Source: Pseudomonadota bacterium (GTDB lineage: Bacteria > Pseudomonadota > Alphaproteobacteria > Sphingomonadales > Sphingomonadaceae). Taken from it: DNA of 64,000 nucleotides. Under the pieces are notes generated by a model, which saw only the letters and a list, made by a program, of their open reading frames with translations, did not search any database and was not told the origin of the DNA. The DNA lies in assembly GCA_039804665.1 (NCBI GenBank), contig JBDLVU010000001.1:11648-75647 (forward strand). Reading direction: 5' to 3'. Shown here in pieces: positions 29,019-38,314 of the stretch. Position 1 is the stretch's first letter. The number at the start of each line of letters is the position of its first letter. The position numbers and the translations under genes are program-made.

Positions 29019-30713
29019 TCAATCGTTGGAGCCGGTCATGTCGCGCGCGGCGATATAGCCGAAGGTCATCGCCGGACCGATGGTGACGCCCGCGCCCGGA
29101 TAGCTTTCCCCCATCGCCGAAGCAGTGGTGTTGCCCACTGCATAAAGCCCGGGGATCAGATGCCCATCGGCGCCGACCACCTGGGCCTTGGCGTTGGTAA
29201 CAAGGCCGCCATTGGTGCCGATATCGCCGGGATAGATCGGCATGGCATAGAACGGAGCCTCGGTCAGGGGGCGCAGGCACGGATTGGGTTGATGGCGATA
29301 ATCGCCGTACATCTTGTCATAGGCCGCTTCGCCCCGATGATAATCGGGGTCTTCGCCAACGGCGGCGCCCTTGTTGAAGCGCGCGATGGTAACCGTCAGC
29401 GTGGCCGGATCGACGCCCATCGCGGTTGCCAGCTCCTCCACTGTGCGGCCCTTCTTCATGATCGTCTTGACCGCACCGGGCTGAAGCCAGTCGGGCACCA
29501 GCGGCAACAGGGGGCCCATCGGGAACTGGTGACGATAGCGCGCATCGAACACCATCCAGCTGGGTGACGCATCGCCATGGTGATGCGCGCGGCGTGCCAT
29601 CTGCTGGCCCACGATGTGGTAGGACGCAGCCTCGTTGAGATAGCGCTGGCCCTTCTGGTTGACCATGATGCACCCAGGCAGGGCGCGCTCGATGGTCACC
29701 AGCCGCCCGCGATCCTCGCCCGGAACGTAGAACACCGGCGCAGCCCAGGCGGACTGCATGTTCATGGTATTCGCGCCGATCGCCTGCCCGGCCACGATTC
29801 CATCGCCGGTGTTGCTGGTCACCCCGCCCGAAAGCCGGGTGCTGGGATAAAGCGGCGCGTGCGTTTCGCGCATCAGCTGATTTTTGTCGAACCCGCCGGC
29901 GGCCAGTACCACGCCCTTGCGCGCAGCAATGCGAAACGGCTTGCCATCGCGAGTAACTACGATCCCCGTCACGCGACCATCGGCATCGCGCACGACGGAC
30001 TGCATCGGCGTGGACAGCCACAACGGCACGCCTGCTTCCTTCAGCGCGAGCCGCAAACCGCCTGTCAGCGCGTTGCCCAGCGTCAACCGCCGATCCTTGC
30101 GCGAGGTGAAGCGCAGCGGCCAGTCGAGCCAGTACTTCGCCATGTTGACGACCAGATGGGTGAACCAGCCCTTGGTGCGATAAAGCAGCTCGTACGTTTC
30201 GGCGAAGGTCCATTGCAGGTAGCCGAACAGGCTGGCCGCGGGCGAAGGCATGCGCTGGGTCTTCAGGTCATCGCCCAGCAGCTTGCCGTCGAACAGTTCG
30301 GGCAGGTGCGTCCGGAAACCGGTGGTCGATCCGCCCGGGTTTTCCGCGTGGTAATCGGGATAAGGCTGCGCGGTATAGACCACCTGTGTGTTGGCGGTGA
30401 CCCAGCGCAGCATGGCGGCAGCATTATCGACATAGGCGCGGATATTTTCATCCGGGACGTTGTCGGCCGACAAGGCGCGGACATAGCGGAACGCGTCGTC
30501 GAGGTTGTCCTCGAAACCCGCCGCCTTCGCCTGATCGCTGCCCGGAATCCAGATGCCCCCGCCCGAGGTTGCGCTGGTGCCGCCCCACAACTTGTCCTTT
30601 TCGACGATCAGTACATCGGCATGGTTGCGGGCCGCCACCAGGGCCGACAACATGCCCCCCGCGCCCGATCCCACGACCACCACGTCGACCGTCTTGTCCC
30701 AGTTGTCGCTCAT
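29019..30713 (-). CDS. kstD: 3-ketosteroid delta1-dehydrogenase
   Basis: GSGAGG FAD loop, TSATSGGGIW, PYPDY, NEAASY and YPGAG.TIG (KstD Tyr119/Tyr318/Tyr487 contexts). Confidence 0.8.
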   Translation of the reverse strand: MSDNWDKTVDVVVVGSGAGGMLSALVAARNHADVLIVEKDKLWGGTSATSGGGIWIPGSDQAKAAGFEDNLDDAFRYVRALSADNVPDENIRAYVDNAAAMLRWVTANTQVVYTAQPYPDYHAENPGGSTTGFRTHLPELFDGKLLGDDLKTQRMPSPAASLFGYLQWTFAETYELLYRTKGWFTHLVVNMAKYWLDWPLRFTSRKDRRLTLGNALTGGLRLALKEAGVPLWLSTPMQSVVRDADGRVTGIVVTRDGKPFRIAARKGVVLAAGGFDKNQLMRETHAPLYPSTRLSGGVTSNTGDGIVAGQAIGANTMNMQSAWAAPVFYVPGEDRGRLVTIERALPGCIMVNQKGQRYLNEAASYHIVGQQMARRAHHHGDASPSWMVFDARYRHQFPMGPLLPLVPDWLQPGAVKTIMKKGRTVEELATAMGVDPATLTVTIARFNKGAAVGEDPDYHRGEAAYDKMYGDYRHQPNPCLRPLTEAPFYAMPIYPGDIGTNGGLVTNAKAQVVGADGHLIPGLYAVGNTTASAMGESYPGAGVTIGPAMTFGYIAARDMTGSND

Positions 30714-30821
30714 TTTCGTCCTGCTCCGGGATCCGGTGTGGCCAAGAAGGCCACAAACAGGAATCCCCTCTCCCAAATTTCAACGCAAGTTGCGGCCACA
30801 CTTGCCACAATGTCAACTCCA

Positions 30822-30851
30822 TGCGTAATATGAAGAGAAATATTTTACGAA
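30822..30851. promoter_or_regulatory. 30-bp operator (one mismatch) in the kstD/SDR divergent promoter; minus-strand TTGACA at 30811-30816
   Basis: TGCG-TAATATGAAGAGAAATATTTTA-CGAA. Confidence 0.65.
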
Positions 30852-30868
30852 CAATGCGGGAGTGTGAC

Positions 30869-31642
30869 GTGACAGCAGAGACCGGCGGATTGCAGGGCAA
30901 GGTAGCGCTGATTACCGGCGCCGGGCAAGGCATCGGACAGGGCGTGGCGCTGGCGATGGCCACCGCCGGAGCCGCCGTGGTCGTGGCCGGACGCACCGTG
31001 GAAAAGGTTGAAGAGACGGCGCGGCTGGTCACCGAACGGGGCGGCCGGGCCTTGCCGCTGGCTTGCAACGTCAAGTCGGCACAGGAACTGGCCGATGCGA
31101 TCGACCGCACCGTGGCCGAATTCGGCGGGCTGGACGTGTTGGTCAACAATGCGCAGGAAGTGCCGTTGGGCAAGCTGGAGGACGTGACAGACGAGGCGTT
31201 CCTTGCCGGATTCGAATCCGGCCCGCTGGCAACCCTGCGCCTGATGAAGCTGGCCCGCCCGCATCTGGCCGCCCGCGGGGGCGGCACGATCTTCAACTTC
31301 TGCTCATCGGCCGGGATCCGCTGGGACATGACCGGCTATGGCGCCTATGCCGCGGTCAAGCAGGCGATCCGGTCGCTCACGCGTGCGGCCGCTGCCGAAT
31401 GGGGCCAGGACGGCATTCGCGTGCTGACCATCGCCCCGCACGCCGAATCGCCGGGCCTGAAGTGGTGGGTCGAAAACAATCCCGAAGAGGCCGAGGCATT
31501 TTTCCGCACGATCCCGCTGCGCCGGATCGGCCGGCTGGAAGAAGACATCGGCCGCGCGCTGGTGGCCCTGTGCGGGCAGGACCTTTCCTATCTGACCGGC
31601 GCGACCATCCCGCTCGACGGCGGGCAGGCAAACTTCGACTGA
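30869..31642 (+). CDS. SDR, resembling 12alpha-hydroxysteroid dehydrogenases
   Basis: TGAGQGIG, NNAQ, YAAVKQAIRSLTRAAAAEWG.DGI, EEDIGR. Confidence 0.8.
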   Translation: MTAETGGLQGKVALITGAGQGIGQGVALAMATAGAAVVVAGRTVEKVEETARLVTERGGRALPLACNVKSAQELADAIDRTVAEFGGLDVLVNNAQEVPLGKLEDVTDEAFLAGFESGPLATLRLMKLARPHLAARGGGTIFNFCSSAGIRWDMTGYGAYAAVKQAIRSLTRAAAAEWGQDGIRVLTIAPHAESPGLKWWVENNPEEAEAFFRTIPLRRIGRLEEDIGRALVALCGQDLSYLTGATIPLDGGQANFD

Positions 31643-31658
31643 TCGGGAAGGACGTTTC

Positions 31659-32372
31659 ATGGAAAAGGTCGTTGCAGCGCTGTGGGCGCAGGCAGGAGAA
31701 AGACGCGCGGAATTCGGCGCTCGGTTGGTACGAAACCTGCCCGGCGCGTTGGCGCAGGTGGGCGCGCAGGCCATCAGGATCAACGTACGCGACGCGGCGG
31801 TTGAGCCCGCCGATGCGCTGGTACAGCAGTGGCAGGCGCCGCAACAAGACGCCGTGGTCCAGTTCTGGATGCCGTCGGCAAATGCGCGCTTTCGCGGCCC
31901 CGTCGATGCCGTTCTGGCGGAGGCCAGCAGCCGTTTTCATGCCTGGCTAGTGTGCGAATCCACGATCATCGCCAATACCACGCATGTCATTACGCAAGGT
32001 CGGCTGACGGGCGGCTGGAGCCAGGCAAGCTTCATCTCGTTCCGCCCCGACCTGACCCGCGAAGCCGCAATTGCGCACTGGCACAGCCACCACACGCGCG
32101 TTGCGATCGAAACGCAGGCGAACTTCGAATACGTGCAGAACCTGATCGTCCGCCCATTGACCGAGGACGCGCCCACCTATGACGCGTTCGTCGAGGAATG
32201 CTTCCCGGCCGAAGCCATGACCGTACCAGAGGCGTTCTTCGATGCGGAGGGCGACCCGGCGAAGTTCGCGGCCAACACCGCCGCCATGATGGAAAGCTGC
32301 GCCGGATTCATCGACTTCAGCCGCATCGACATCATCCCCACAACCCAGTTCGATTTTGCCGCAAAGGCATGA
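31659..32372 (+). CDS. EthD-domain protein
   Basis: RPDLTREA...HWHSHH, YVQN, YDAFVEECF. Confidence 0.65.
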   Translation: MEKVVAALWAQAGERRAEFGARLVRNLPGALAQVGAQAIRINVRDAAVEPADALVQQWQAPQQDAVVQFWMPSANARFRGPVDAVLAEASSRFHAWLVCESTIIANTTHVITQGRLTGGWSQASFISFRPDLTREAAIAHWHSHHTRVAIETQANFEYVQNLIVRPLTEDAPTYDAFVEECFPAEAMTVPEAFFDAEGDPAKFAANTAAMMESCAGFIDFSRIDIIPTTQFDFAAKA

Positions 32373-32385
32373 CAGGCCAACCAGC

Positions 32386-33252
32386 GTGACAGACCTGACC
32401 CCCACCGTACTGCAATCCGCCGTCGTTACGGGCGGCCGTGCCGAACTGCTGGAATGGCGCTGGCCCGAGATCATCGACTTCGTCCGTTCCGAAGATGAAC
32501 TGATGATCGAAATGTCGCTGCCACCGACGGCCGGCGACGGGTCGGTCTGCTTGCCGGACATCGCCCCCGACAAGCGCTGCATTCTGGGAACGCTGTTCGT
32601 GCGCTGGCCGGGGCTGGCGCTGCACGGCCGCTGTGACGGCGGCCACATTCGCGTTGTGCGCTGCGTGATCGCGGCTGACAAGGCGCGGGCATTGATCGCG
32701 CAACGCCCCGAACCGGGCATCGATTTCCTGCAATCCCTGCTGACGATCCGCAGCGACGCGTTGCGTAGCATGATGCGATTGCTGCACCGCGAACTCACCA
32801 ATCCGTCGGATCGATCCGACGCAGCGATCGCCGCACTGGTTGACCTGATCACGGTGGAACTCGCCAGACTGGTCGCGCGCGAGCCGGAAGATGTCCCGCA
32901 GGGCCGACTTGCCGCCTGGCAATTCCGCAAGATCCGCGCGCGGCTGGCGCAGGGCGGTACTGCACCCACGGTGGCCGAGTTGGCCGCGCTGTGCGGCATC
33001 AGCCCGCGCCACCTGCACAGACAGTTCCTGGCACTGACGGGAAAGACCGTGGCCGATTACATCGAGGCGGCCCGGATCGAGGAAGCAAAGCGTCTGCTGG
33101 CGTTGCGCGAACGCCCGATCAAGGCCGTGGCGCTTGCCTGCGGCTTTGCCCATGCGAACAGCTTTGCCCGCGCGTTCCGCCGGTCCACCGGGATCAGCCC
33201 GCAGTCGTTTCGCCAACGCGCCATGCCGGCGGTCACTGCGGCACCAGCCTGA
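32386..33252 (+). CDS. AraC family transcriptional regulator
   Basis: LAALCGISPRHLHRQF...RIEEAKRLL...VALACGF...NSFARAFRR.TG.SP. Confidence 0.9.
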   Translation: MTDLTPTVLQSAVVTGGRAELLEWRWPEIIDFVRSEDELMIEMSLPPTAGDGSVCLPDIAPDKRCILGTLFVRWPGLALHGRCDGGHIRVVRCVIAADKARALIAQRPEPGIDFLQSLLTIRSDALRSMMRLLHRELTNPSDRSDAAIAALVDLITVELARLVAREPEDVPQGRLAAWQFRKIRARLAQGGTAPTVAELAALCGISPRHLHRQFLALTGKTVADYIEAARIEEAKRLLALRERPIKAVALACGFAHANSFARAFRRSTGISPQSFRQRAMPAVTAAPA

Positions 33253-33392
33253 CCGGTGCACATTTCGAGCCATGCCGTGTCATCAGGTGATCCATTTGCC
33301 ATCGTCGAACGTGACGGGGCCGACCGTCGGACATAGCTTCGGCCCCATGCGGACTCCTCGTGAAAGCGGAGCCGGAAACGGGAGATATGTCG

Positions 33393-34805
33393 ATGGCAAG
33401 TGCAGCGCTGCCGTTGCTCGATGGCGCCAGTCCGGTGATCGGGCATATCGCCGAATTTTTTCGCGATCCCGTATCCCTGCTCAAGCGTGGCTATCGCAGC
33501 CGCGGCCGCCTGTTCGCGCTGAACATGATGGGCCGCCGTATGAACGTGATGCTCGGCCCGGAACACAATCGCTTCTTCTTCGAAGAAACTGACAAGCTGC
33601 TATCGATCCGGGAATCGATGCCCTTCTTCCTCAAGATGTTTTCGCCGGACTTCTACTCGTTCGCGGAAATGGAAGAATACCTGCGCCAGCGCGCGATCAT
33701 CATGCCCCGGTTCAAGGCGGCGTCGATGAAGCAGTACGTACCGGTGATGGCCGAGGAATCGCTCAATCTGGTCAAGCGACTGGGCGATGAAGGCACATTC
33801 GACCTGATCCCGACACTGGGACCGGTGGTGATGGACATTGCCGCCCACAGCTTCATGGGACGCGAGTTCCACGAAAGGCTGGGCCACCAGTTCTTCGACC
33901 TGTTCCGCGAATTTTCGGGCGGCATGGAATTCGTGCTGCCGCTGTGGCTGCCCACGCCGAAAATGATCCGCAGCCAGCGCGCCAAGAAGAAGCTCCACGC
34001 GATCCTGCAATCGTGGATCGACAAGCGCCGCGCCGCACCGCTTGATCCGCCAGATTTTTTCCAGACGATGATCGAGACGAAGTATCCCGACGGCCGGCCC
34101 GTGGCGGACGAGATCATCCGCCACCTGATCCTGCTGCTGGTGTGGGCGGGGCATGAAACAACGGCTGGGCAAGTCAGCTGGGCGCTGGCCGACCTGATCC
34201 AGAACCCGGCCTACATGAACGTGATCCGGGGCGAACTTGCTACGGTGATGGGCGGCAGCGACGGCCACGACTTCAGCTGGGAACAGGCCGTGGCGATGGA
34301 AAAGATGGACCTCGCTTTGCGCGAGACGGAACGGCTGCATCCCGTGGCTTTCATCCTCAGCCGCAAGGCCACCGCCGATATCGAACGCGACGGCTATCAC
34401 ATCCGCAAGGGCGATTTCGTGCTGCTGGCGCCTTCGGTCAGCCATCGCATGGAGGAGACATTCCACCATCCGGATGCCTACGATCCCGAACGCTTCAACC
34501 CGGCCAACCCGGATGCGCAGATCGAAAGCAATTCGCTGATCGGATTTGGCGGCGGGGTGCACCGTTGCGCGGGCGTCAACTTTGCCCGGATGGAGATGAA
34601 AGTGCTGCTGGCCGTGCTGATCCAGCATTACGACATGGAACTGCTGGACGAGGTTCGGCCGATCGCCGGCGCAGGTACCTATTGGCCCGCCCAGCCTTGC
34701 CGCGTTCGCTACAGGAAGCGCAAGCTGGACGGTGGCGCAGGAGCCGACACTGGCGCGCTGGCACGCGCCGCCGGTTGCCCTGCCCACGCCCAAACCGGCG
34801 CCTGA
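33393..34805 (+). CDS. Cytochrome P450, CYP51-like fold
   Basis: AGHETT I-helix, ETERLHP (ExxR), PERF, FGGGVHRCAG heme Cys. Confidence 0.95.
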   Translation: MASAALPLLDGASPVIGHIAEFFRDPVSLLKRGYRSRGRLFALNMMGRRMNVMLGPEHNRFFFEETDKLLSIRESMPFFLKMFSPDFYSFAEMEEYLRQRAIIMPRFKAASMKQYVPVMAEESLNLVKRLGDEGTFDLIPTLGPVVMDIAAHSFMGREFHERLGHQFFDLFREFSGGMEFVLPLWLPTPKMIRSQRAKKKLHAILQSWIDKRRAAPLDPPDFFQTMIETKYPDGRPVADEIIRHLILLLVWAGHETTAGQVSWALADLIQNPAYMNVIRGELATVMGGSDGHDFSWEQAVAMEKMDLALRETERLHPVAFILSRKATADIERDGYHIRKGDFVLLAPSVSHRMEETFHHPDAYDPERFNPANPDAQIESNSLIGFGGGVHRCAGVNFARMEMKVLLAVLIQHYDMELLDEVRPIAGAGTYWPAQPCRVRYRKRKLDGGAGADTGALARAAGCPAHAQTGA

Positions 34806-34821
34806 GCAAGGAGCGCGCCCG

Positions 34822-35154
34822 ATGGCCAAGGTCACCTATATCCAGCCGGACGGCTCCAGCCGCACCTGCGTCAACTTCGAGGGCATGACGCTGATGCACC
34901 TTGCGGTCGGCAATCTGGTCGACGGCATCGATGCGCTGTGCGGCGGAATGATGCAATGCGCCACCTGCCATTGCTATATCGCGCCCGAATGGCTTGACCG
35001 CGTGGGCCCTGCTCCCGACGCGGAGCGCGCGATGCTGGAGGCAATCGACGGCGTGGAAATCCGCCCCAACAGCCGCCTCTCCTGTCAGGTGCAACTGGGC
35101 GAGGAGCTGGACGGGCTGGTGGTGCAAATCCCGCCCGACCAGCCCGGGATCTGA
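34822..35154 (+). CDS. [2Fe-2S] ferredoxin (putidaredoxin type)
   Basis: CGGMMQCATCH...SRLSCQ. Confidence 0.9.
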   Translation: MAKVTYIQPDGSSRTCVNFEGMTLMHLAVGNLVDGIDALCGGMMQCATCHCYIAPEWLDRVGPAPDAERAMLEAIDGVEIRPNSRLSCQVQLGEELDGLVVQIPPDQPGI

Positions 35155-35201
35155 CCGCGCGCCAACACGGGCCCCATCACCCGTGCCGGCCACACAGTCC
35201 T

Positions 35202-35960
35202 TCAGATCGCGGTAGCTCCGCCGTCGATCAGCAATGGCACCCCGGTGATGAAGCTGGCCGCGTCCGAACAGAGCCAGACCACCGCCTCGGCGATTTCCTC
35301 GGGCTGGCCCATGCGGCCCATCGGCGTCATCGCCTCGATCATCTGGCGCACCTTGGGATCGGCGGCGGCCTGCGCACTCATCGCCGTGTCGATCACGCCA
35401 GGGCACACCGCGTTCACGCGGATGCCCGCCGCGGCCCAGCGCAACGCGCCATGGCGCGTCAGGCCCACAACACCGTGCTTGCCCGCCGTATAGGCAGGCT
35501 GCGCGGGGTTGCCGACCACTCCATTCATCGAAGCCGTGTTCACGATCGCGCCGCCGCCCGTCTTCAGCATGGCTTCGGATTCCTCGCGCATGCACATCAT
35601 CACACCGGTCAGGTTCACGGCAATGCTGCGCGCCCAGACATCGTCTTCGTATTCATTGGCGAGGATGGAGTTCACCCCGGCATTGTTGAACGCATAGTCG
35701 AGCCGGCCAAATGTTTCGACCGCGGCGGCTACCATCGCCTTGACATCGTCTGCCTTGCTCACATCGCAAGGCTGCCATGCCGCCTTGCCGCGCCCGCCAG
35801 CCTCGATCAGGGCAACGGTCTCGCGCCCGCCGGCCTCGCTCACGTCGCAGACCAGCACGCTCGCGCCTGACCGGGCAAAAGCCAGCGCGGCCGCCCGCCC
35901 GATGCCGCCGGCCGCGCCGGTAACGAGCGCCACTTTGCCATCCATCCCGTAATCGATCAT
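35202..35960 (-). CDS. SDR family oxidoreductase
   Basis: TGAAGGIG, FNNAG, YTAGKHG. Confidence 0.9.
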   Translation of the reverse strand: MIDYGMDGKVALVTGAAGGIGRAAALAFARSGASVLVCDVSEAGGRETVALIEAGGRGKAAWQPCDVSKADDVKAMVAAAVETFGRLDYAFNNAGVNSILANEYEDDVWARSIAVNLTGVMMCMREESEAMLKTGGGAIVNTASMNGVVGNPAQPAYTAGKHGVVGLTRHGALRWAAAGIRVNAVCPGVIDTAMSAQAAADPKVRQMIEAMTPMGRMGQPEEIAEAVVWLCSDAASFITGVPLLIDGGATAI

Positions 35961-35993
35961 GTTTTACCCTCTCGGCAGTTCAAATTATTGCAT

Positions 35994-36023
35994 TACGTAA
36001 TTTCTTACGTATCATACAGCGCA
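35994..36023. promoter_or_regulatory. 30-bp operator (one mismatch) in the SDR/OYE divergent promoter
   Basis: TACG-TAATTTCTTACGTATCATACAG-CGCA. Confidence 0.55.
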
Positions 36024-36064
36024 AATCAAGGTATTTACCTGACCTTGAAAGAGGATTGCGAATC

Positions 36065-37129
36065 TTGAGCCTGATTTTTGAAGCCACCCGCCTTGGTGCG
36101 CTGGAGCTTGCCAACCGCATCGTGATGTCGCCCATGACGCGCGACCGCGCTGGCCCCGGCGACGTGCCGACCGCGCTGATGGTCGAGTACTACCGCCAAC
36201 GCGCAGGTGCCGGGCTTATCGTGACCGAAGGCACCCAACCCAGCCGCGTTGGCAAGGGATATTGGCGCACGCCCGGCATCCATTCGCAGGAACAGATCGA
36301 TGGCTGGGCCCGCGTGGCCGAAGCCGTTCATGCCGAGGGCGGCCGCATCGTCATGCAACTGATGCATGTCGGCCGCGTCGCCGTGCTCGACAACCGTGGC
36401 TTCGACGCCGACGTCGTCGCACCCAGCGCACTCCCCTGCCCCGACAAGGTGCCCGGGCCCGACGGCGTCCCCACCGCCTGCGCCCAGCCCCGCGCGCTGC
36501 ATGCCGAGGAGTTGCGCCCGCTTGCAGAGGAATTTGCCCAAGCCGCGCGCAATGCCCGCGCCGCCGGGATCGACGGCGTAGAACTGCACTGCGCCTCCGG
36601 CTACCTCATCAACCAGTTCCTCGATCGCGGCAGCAACCGGCGCGACGACGCATTCGGCGGCGACGGCGCGGGCCGCGCCCGTTTCCCGGCCATGGTGACT
36701 GCCGCACTGGCCAACGCCATCGGCGCCGATCGCGTGGGCGTGCGCATCTCTCCCGGCAATCCCTACAACGCGATGGACGCCAGCGACCCCGAGGAAACAT
36801 TCGCGCCGTTCCTGGCCGCGATTGACGACCTTGGCTGCGCCTATCTCCACGTTGCGAACATGAACCTGCCCGATTTCGATACGCTGGGGTTCCTGCGCGC
36901 CAACTGGAAAGGCCCCGTCGTCACCAACAACATGCTGACGCTGGAAACGGCGCAGGCGCTGCTGGATGATGGCGCGGCCGAAGCGGTTTCCTTTGGCCGC
37001 CCGTTCATCGCCAACCCGGATCTTGTCGCGCGCTTCCGCGCCGGTGCGCCTCTGGCAAAGCCCGACTATACCCTGCTCTATACCGGCGAAGAACGCGGCT
37101 ATACCGACTATCCGGCGCTGATCGGATAA
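36065..37129 (+). CDS. Old yellow enzyme / NemA-like alkene reductase
   Basis: NRIVMSPMTR, YY.QRA.AGLI..EG, ELHCASGYLINQF, FGRPFIANPDLV, GYTDYP; TTG start after GAGGA. Confidence 0.9.
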   Translation: MSLIFEATRLGALELANRIVMSPMTRDRAGPGDVPTALMVEYYRQRAGAGLIVTEGTQPSRVGKGYWRTPGIHSQEQIDGWARVAEAVHAEGGRIVMQLMHVGRVAVLDNRGFDADVVAPSALPCPDKVPGPDGVPTACAQPRALHAEELRPLAEEFAQAARNARAAGIDGVELHCASGYLINQFLDRGSNRRDDAFGGDGAGRARFPAMVTAALANAIGADRVGVRISPGNPYNAMDASDPEETFAPFLAAIDDLGCAYLHVANMNLPDFDTLGFLRANWKGPVVTNNMLTLETAQALLDDGAAEAVSFGRPFIANPDLVARFRAGAPLAKPDYTLLYTGEERGYTDYPALIG

Positions 37130-37155
37130 ATCCCGGGTCGACCGGCCGAACAACG

Positions 37156-37188
37156 AAGGGGCGATGCCGCATCCGGCACCGCCCCTTT
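37156..37188. terminator. Likely bidirectional terminator
   Basis: AAGGGGCG.TGCCG / CGGCA.CGCCCCTT between convergent genes. Confidence 0.6.
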
Positions 37189-37214
37189 CGCTTCAACGAT
37201 GATGCAAAGGTCGT

Positions 37215-38300
37215 TCAGGCCGCCTTGCCCTTGGCACCGGGCCGGCGATCCACAGAGACGTGCACACCGTTCACGCGGCTTTGGAAATCACCCGCATTGG
37301 CGCGCGGGTTATAGAACTGACGGTACCAGATGCGTCCCTTGTGGAACGGCCCGTCGTCGGGTACCTGCAGAATCGAGATCGCGGCTTCCTTGTACTTCCA
37401 CAGCTCGAAATCCTGCGCGAAAGCGTCGAGCGCCGTATCCTGATACCCGCGCGCGATGGCAAGACCCGCCTTGTCGGCGCGCGTATCCGAAACCTTCACC
37501 GCCAGCGCATACCACACCCGCACCTCGCCATCTTCGACGGGCGTGTTGCAGATCATGATCACGCTGGGATGCTGGCCTTCCATCTTCGACAACAGGATGC
37601 TGGGCCCGGTATACCATGTGTCATTTTCCAGCAGGTGGGTGTTATCCACCAGCGTGCGATGGCCGGACCCCAGTCGCTGCATGATCACATGGTCGCGGAA
37701 TTCGTTTTCGAAATAGACGATGTCCGTGCTGCCATGAACCGGCATGAAGTGGGCAAGGTCGGTCATGTTGTCGAGGATTTCCTGCGGATGGATCGGCAGC
37801 GTGCCGAGGTGATCCAGCCGCCAGCGCACCCAGCCCTGCTTCTCGCCATCCCATTCCGCAAAGGCGGGCAGGTCATAGTCCGGATCACCGCCTTCCATGT
37901 CGTGCCACATCCAGATGCAGCCCGCCTTTTCGACGACCTTGTGCGATTTCACGCAGGCAGCCTTGGGAATGCCGTGGGTGGAATAGGGAATGTCGTCGCA
38001 CTGGCCGGCCGCATTATAACGCCAGCCATGCGCCGGGCAGCGCAGCGAATCCCCTTCGACATGCGTACCGTCCTTCACCACATACGACGTGGTGTTGCGC
38101 GCCAGATGCACCCGCATGTGTGGGCAATAGGCATCGAGCAGGATCGGTCTGCCGCTCGCCTTGCCACGATAAAGCACCATGTCCTTGCCAAAGAAGCGCA
38201 CCGCCTGCGGGGTGCTGTTCACCTCATCCGCCACGGCGATCATGAACCATCCACGCGGGAAGGCGAGCGGGCCGAGGCCATAGTCTGCGGTCGTTGCCAT
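37215..38300 (-). CDS. kshA: Rieske oxygenase, KshA-like
   Basis: FPRGW, CPH...CPAHGW, DNMTDLAHFMPVH (D-x3-D-x2-H-x4-H), F.QD..LW.YK, DGP....R.WY.QFY. Confidence 0.8.
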   Translation of the reverse strand: MATTADYGLGPLAFPRGWFMIAVADEVNSTPQAVRFFGKDMVLYRGKASGRPILLDAYCPHMRVHLARNTTSYVVKDGTHVEGDSLRCPAHGWRYNAAGQCDDIPYSTHGIPKAACVKSHKVVEKAGCIWMWHDMEGGDPDYDLPAFAEWDGEKQGWVRWRLDHLGTLPIHPQEILDNMTDLAHFMPVHGSTDIVYFENEFRDHVIMQRLGSGHRTLVDNTHLLENDTWYTGPSILLSKMEGQHPSVIMICNTPVEDGEVRVWYALAVKVSDTRADKAGLAIARGYQDTALDAFAQDFELWKYKEAAISILQVPDDGPFHKGRIWYRQFYNPRANAGDFQSRVNGVHVSVDRRPGAKGKAA

Positions 38301-38314
38301 GGTATGTTCTCCGG

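Noticed and set aside
33316-33346. GGGGCCGA-N15-TCGGCCCC inverted repeat upstream of the P450
   Set aside because: A single GC-rich repeat that is plausible by chance; AraC proteins usually bind direct repeats.
33393-34805. Calling the P450 a true CYP51 sterol 14alpha-demethylase
   Set aside because: The I-helix lacks the CYP51 His-Thr pair and there are no sterol biosynthesis genes.
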